DNA of 64,000 nucleotides, taken from NCBI RefSeq assembly GCF_014762745.1, contig NZ_JABURJ010000015.1, forward strand, positions 21,303 to 85,302. The letters are read 5' to 3'. The stretch is from Kangiella sp. GTDB taxonomy: Bacteria > Pseudomonadota > Gammaproteobacteria > Enterobacterales > Kangiellaceae. Of the stretch, positions 63,815 to 64,000 are shown one piece after another (the first letter of the stretch is position 1; each line of letters opens with the position of its first letter). The notes under the pieces are model-generated. The model saw nothing but the letters and a program-made list of their open reading frames with translations. It made no database searches and was not told where the DNA came from. The position numbers and the translations under genes were made by a program.

Positions 63815-64000
63815 TTATTGGATGTAATCTTGTGTGTGGGTTTTCAATGCAAATAGTTCGCGCAATAAACTGGTCGCGAAAGCCCCCTTGGGCAAACTGA
63901 AGCTTATTTCCAGCGTTTGCTCATTATGCCATTGCAGCATGACATTTTTGGGAAACACACGAATCGCTCGACGCTCGCCATTAAGTCCTTTGCGCTCCAA
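63815..64000 (-). CDS. truD: tRNA pseudouridine synthase D, 3' end only
   Basis: ERRAIR...[18 protein letters not shown], the TruD C-terminal motif, upstream of surE. Confidence 0.85.
   Translation of the reverse strand: MERKGLNGERRAIRVFPKNVMLQWHNEQTLEISFSLPKGAFATSLLRELFALKTHTQDYIQ

Overview
Chromosomal window from a marine gammaproteobacterium. Gene order and content suggest Kangiella or a relative, which is an inference. From left to right it contains: (1) the 5' part of an RfaH/ops-controlled surface-polysaccharide operon on the minus strand (cysQ, SLBB export protein, wzi, wzz, tviB/wbpO, wbpB, wbpD, wbpE, partial wzx), preceded by mlaC-rfaH; (2) a ~650-bp intergenic mosaic of palindromes, then uvrB, aspC and tRNA-Asn; (3) an accessory stretch with uspA-sulP and an AT-rich cassette made of an XRE regulator, a divergent promoter-to-terminator unit (sRNA candidate), and an unannotated 51-aa GGGGG peptide coupled to two membrane proteins; (4) core genes rhombosortase, comEA, pyrF, lapB, lapA, ihfB, rpsA, cmk, hisC, an inserted ptrB, serC, gyrA, mtaD, ubiG, gph; (5) a GAF-PAS3-GGDEF*-EAL protein and a pdsS/pdsR two-component pair without neighbouring sortase genes; (6) yciK, ppx, ppk1, rluB, a receiver protein, scpB, scpA, trpS; (7) an inserted MarR-GST-DUF1428-VOCx3 operon plus a secreted Cys mini-protein and its partner; (8) yciO, PHP, yciB, yciI, a second palindrome mosaic, bolA, an amber-split lipoprotein gene, nlpD, yqaA, pcm, surE and partial truD. 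I saw no CRISPR array, integrase or transposase. The best candidate for an undescribed system is the XRE / sRNA / peptide / membrane-protein cassette at ~18.9-20.7 kb. All calls come from reading sequence and motifs; no database searches were run.
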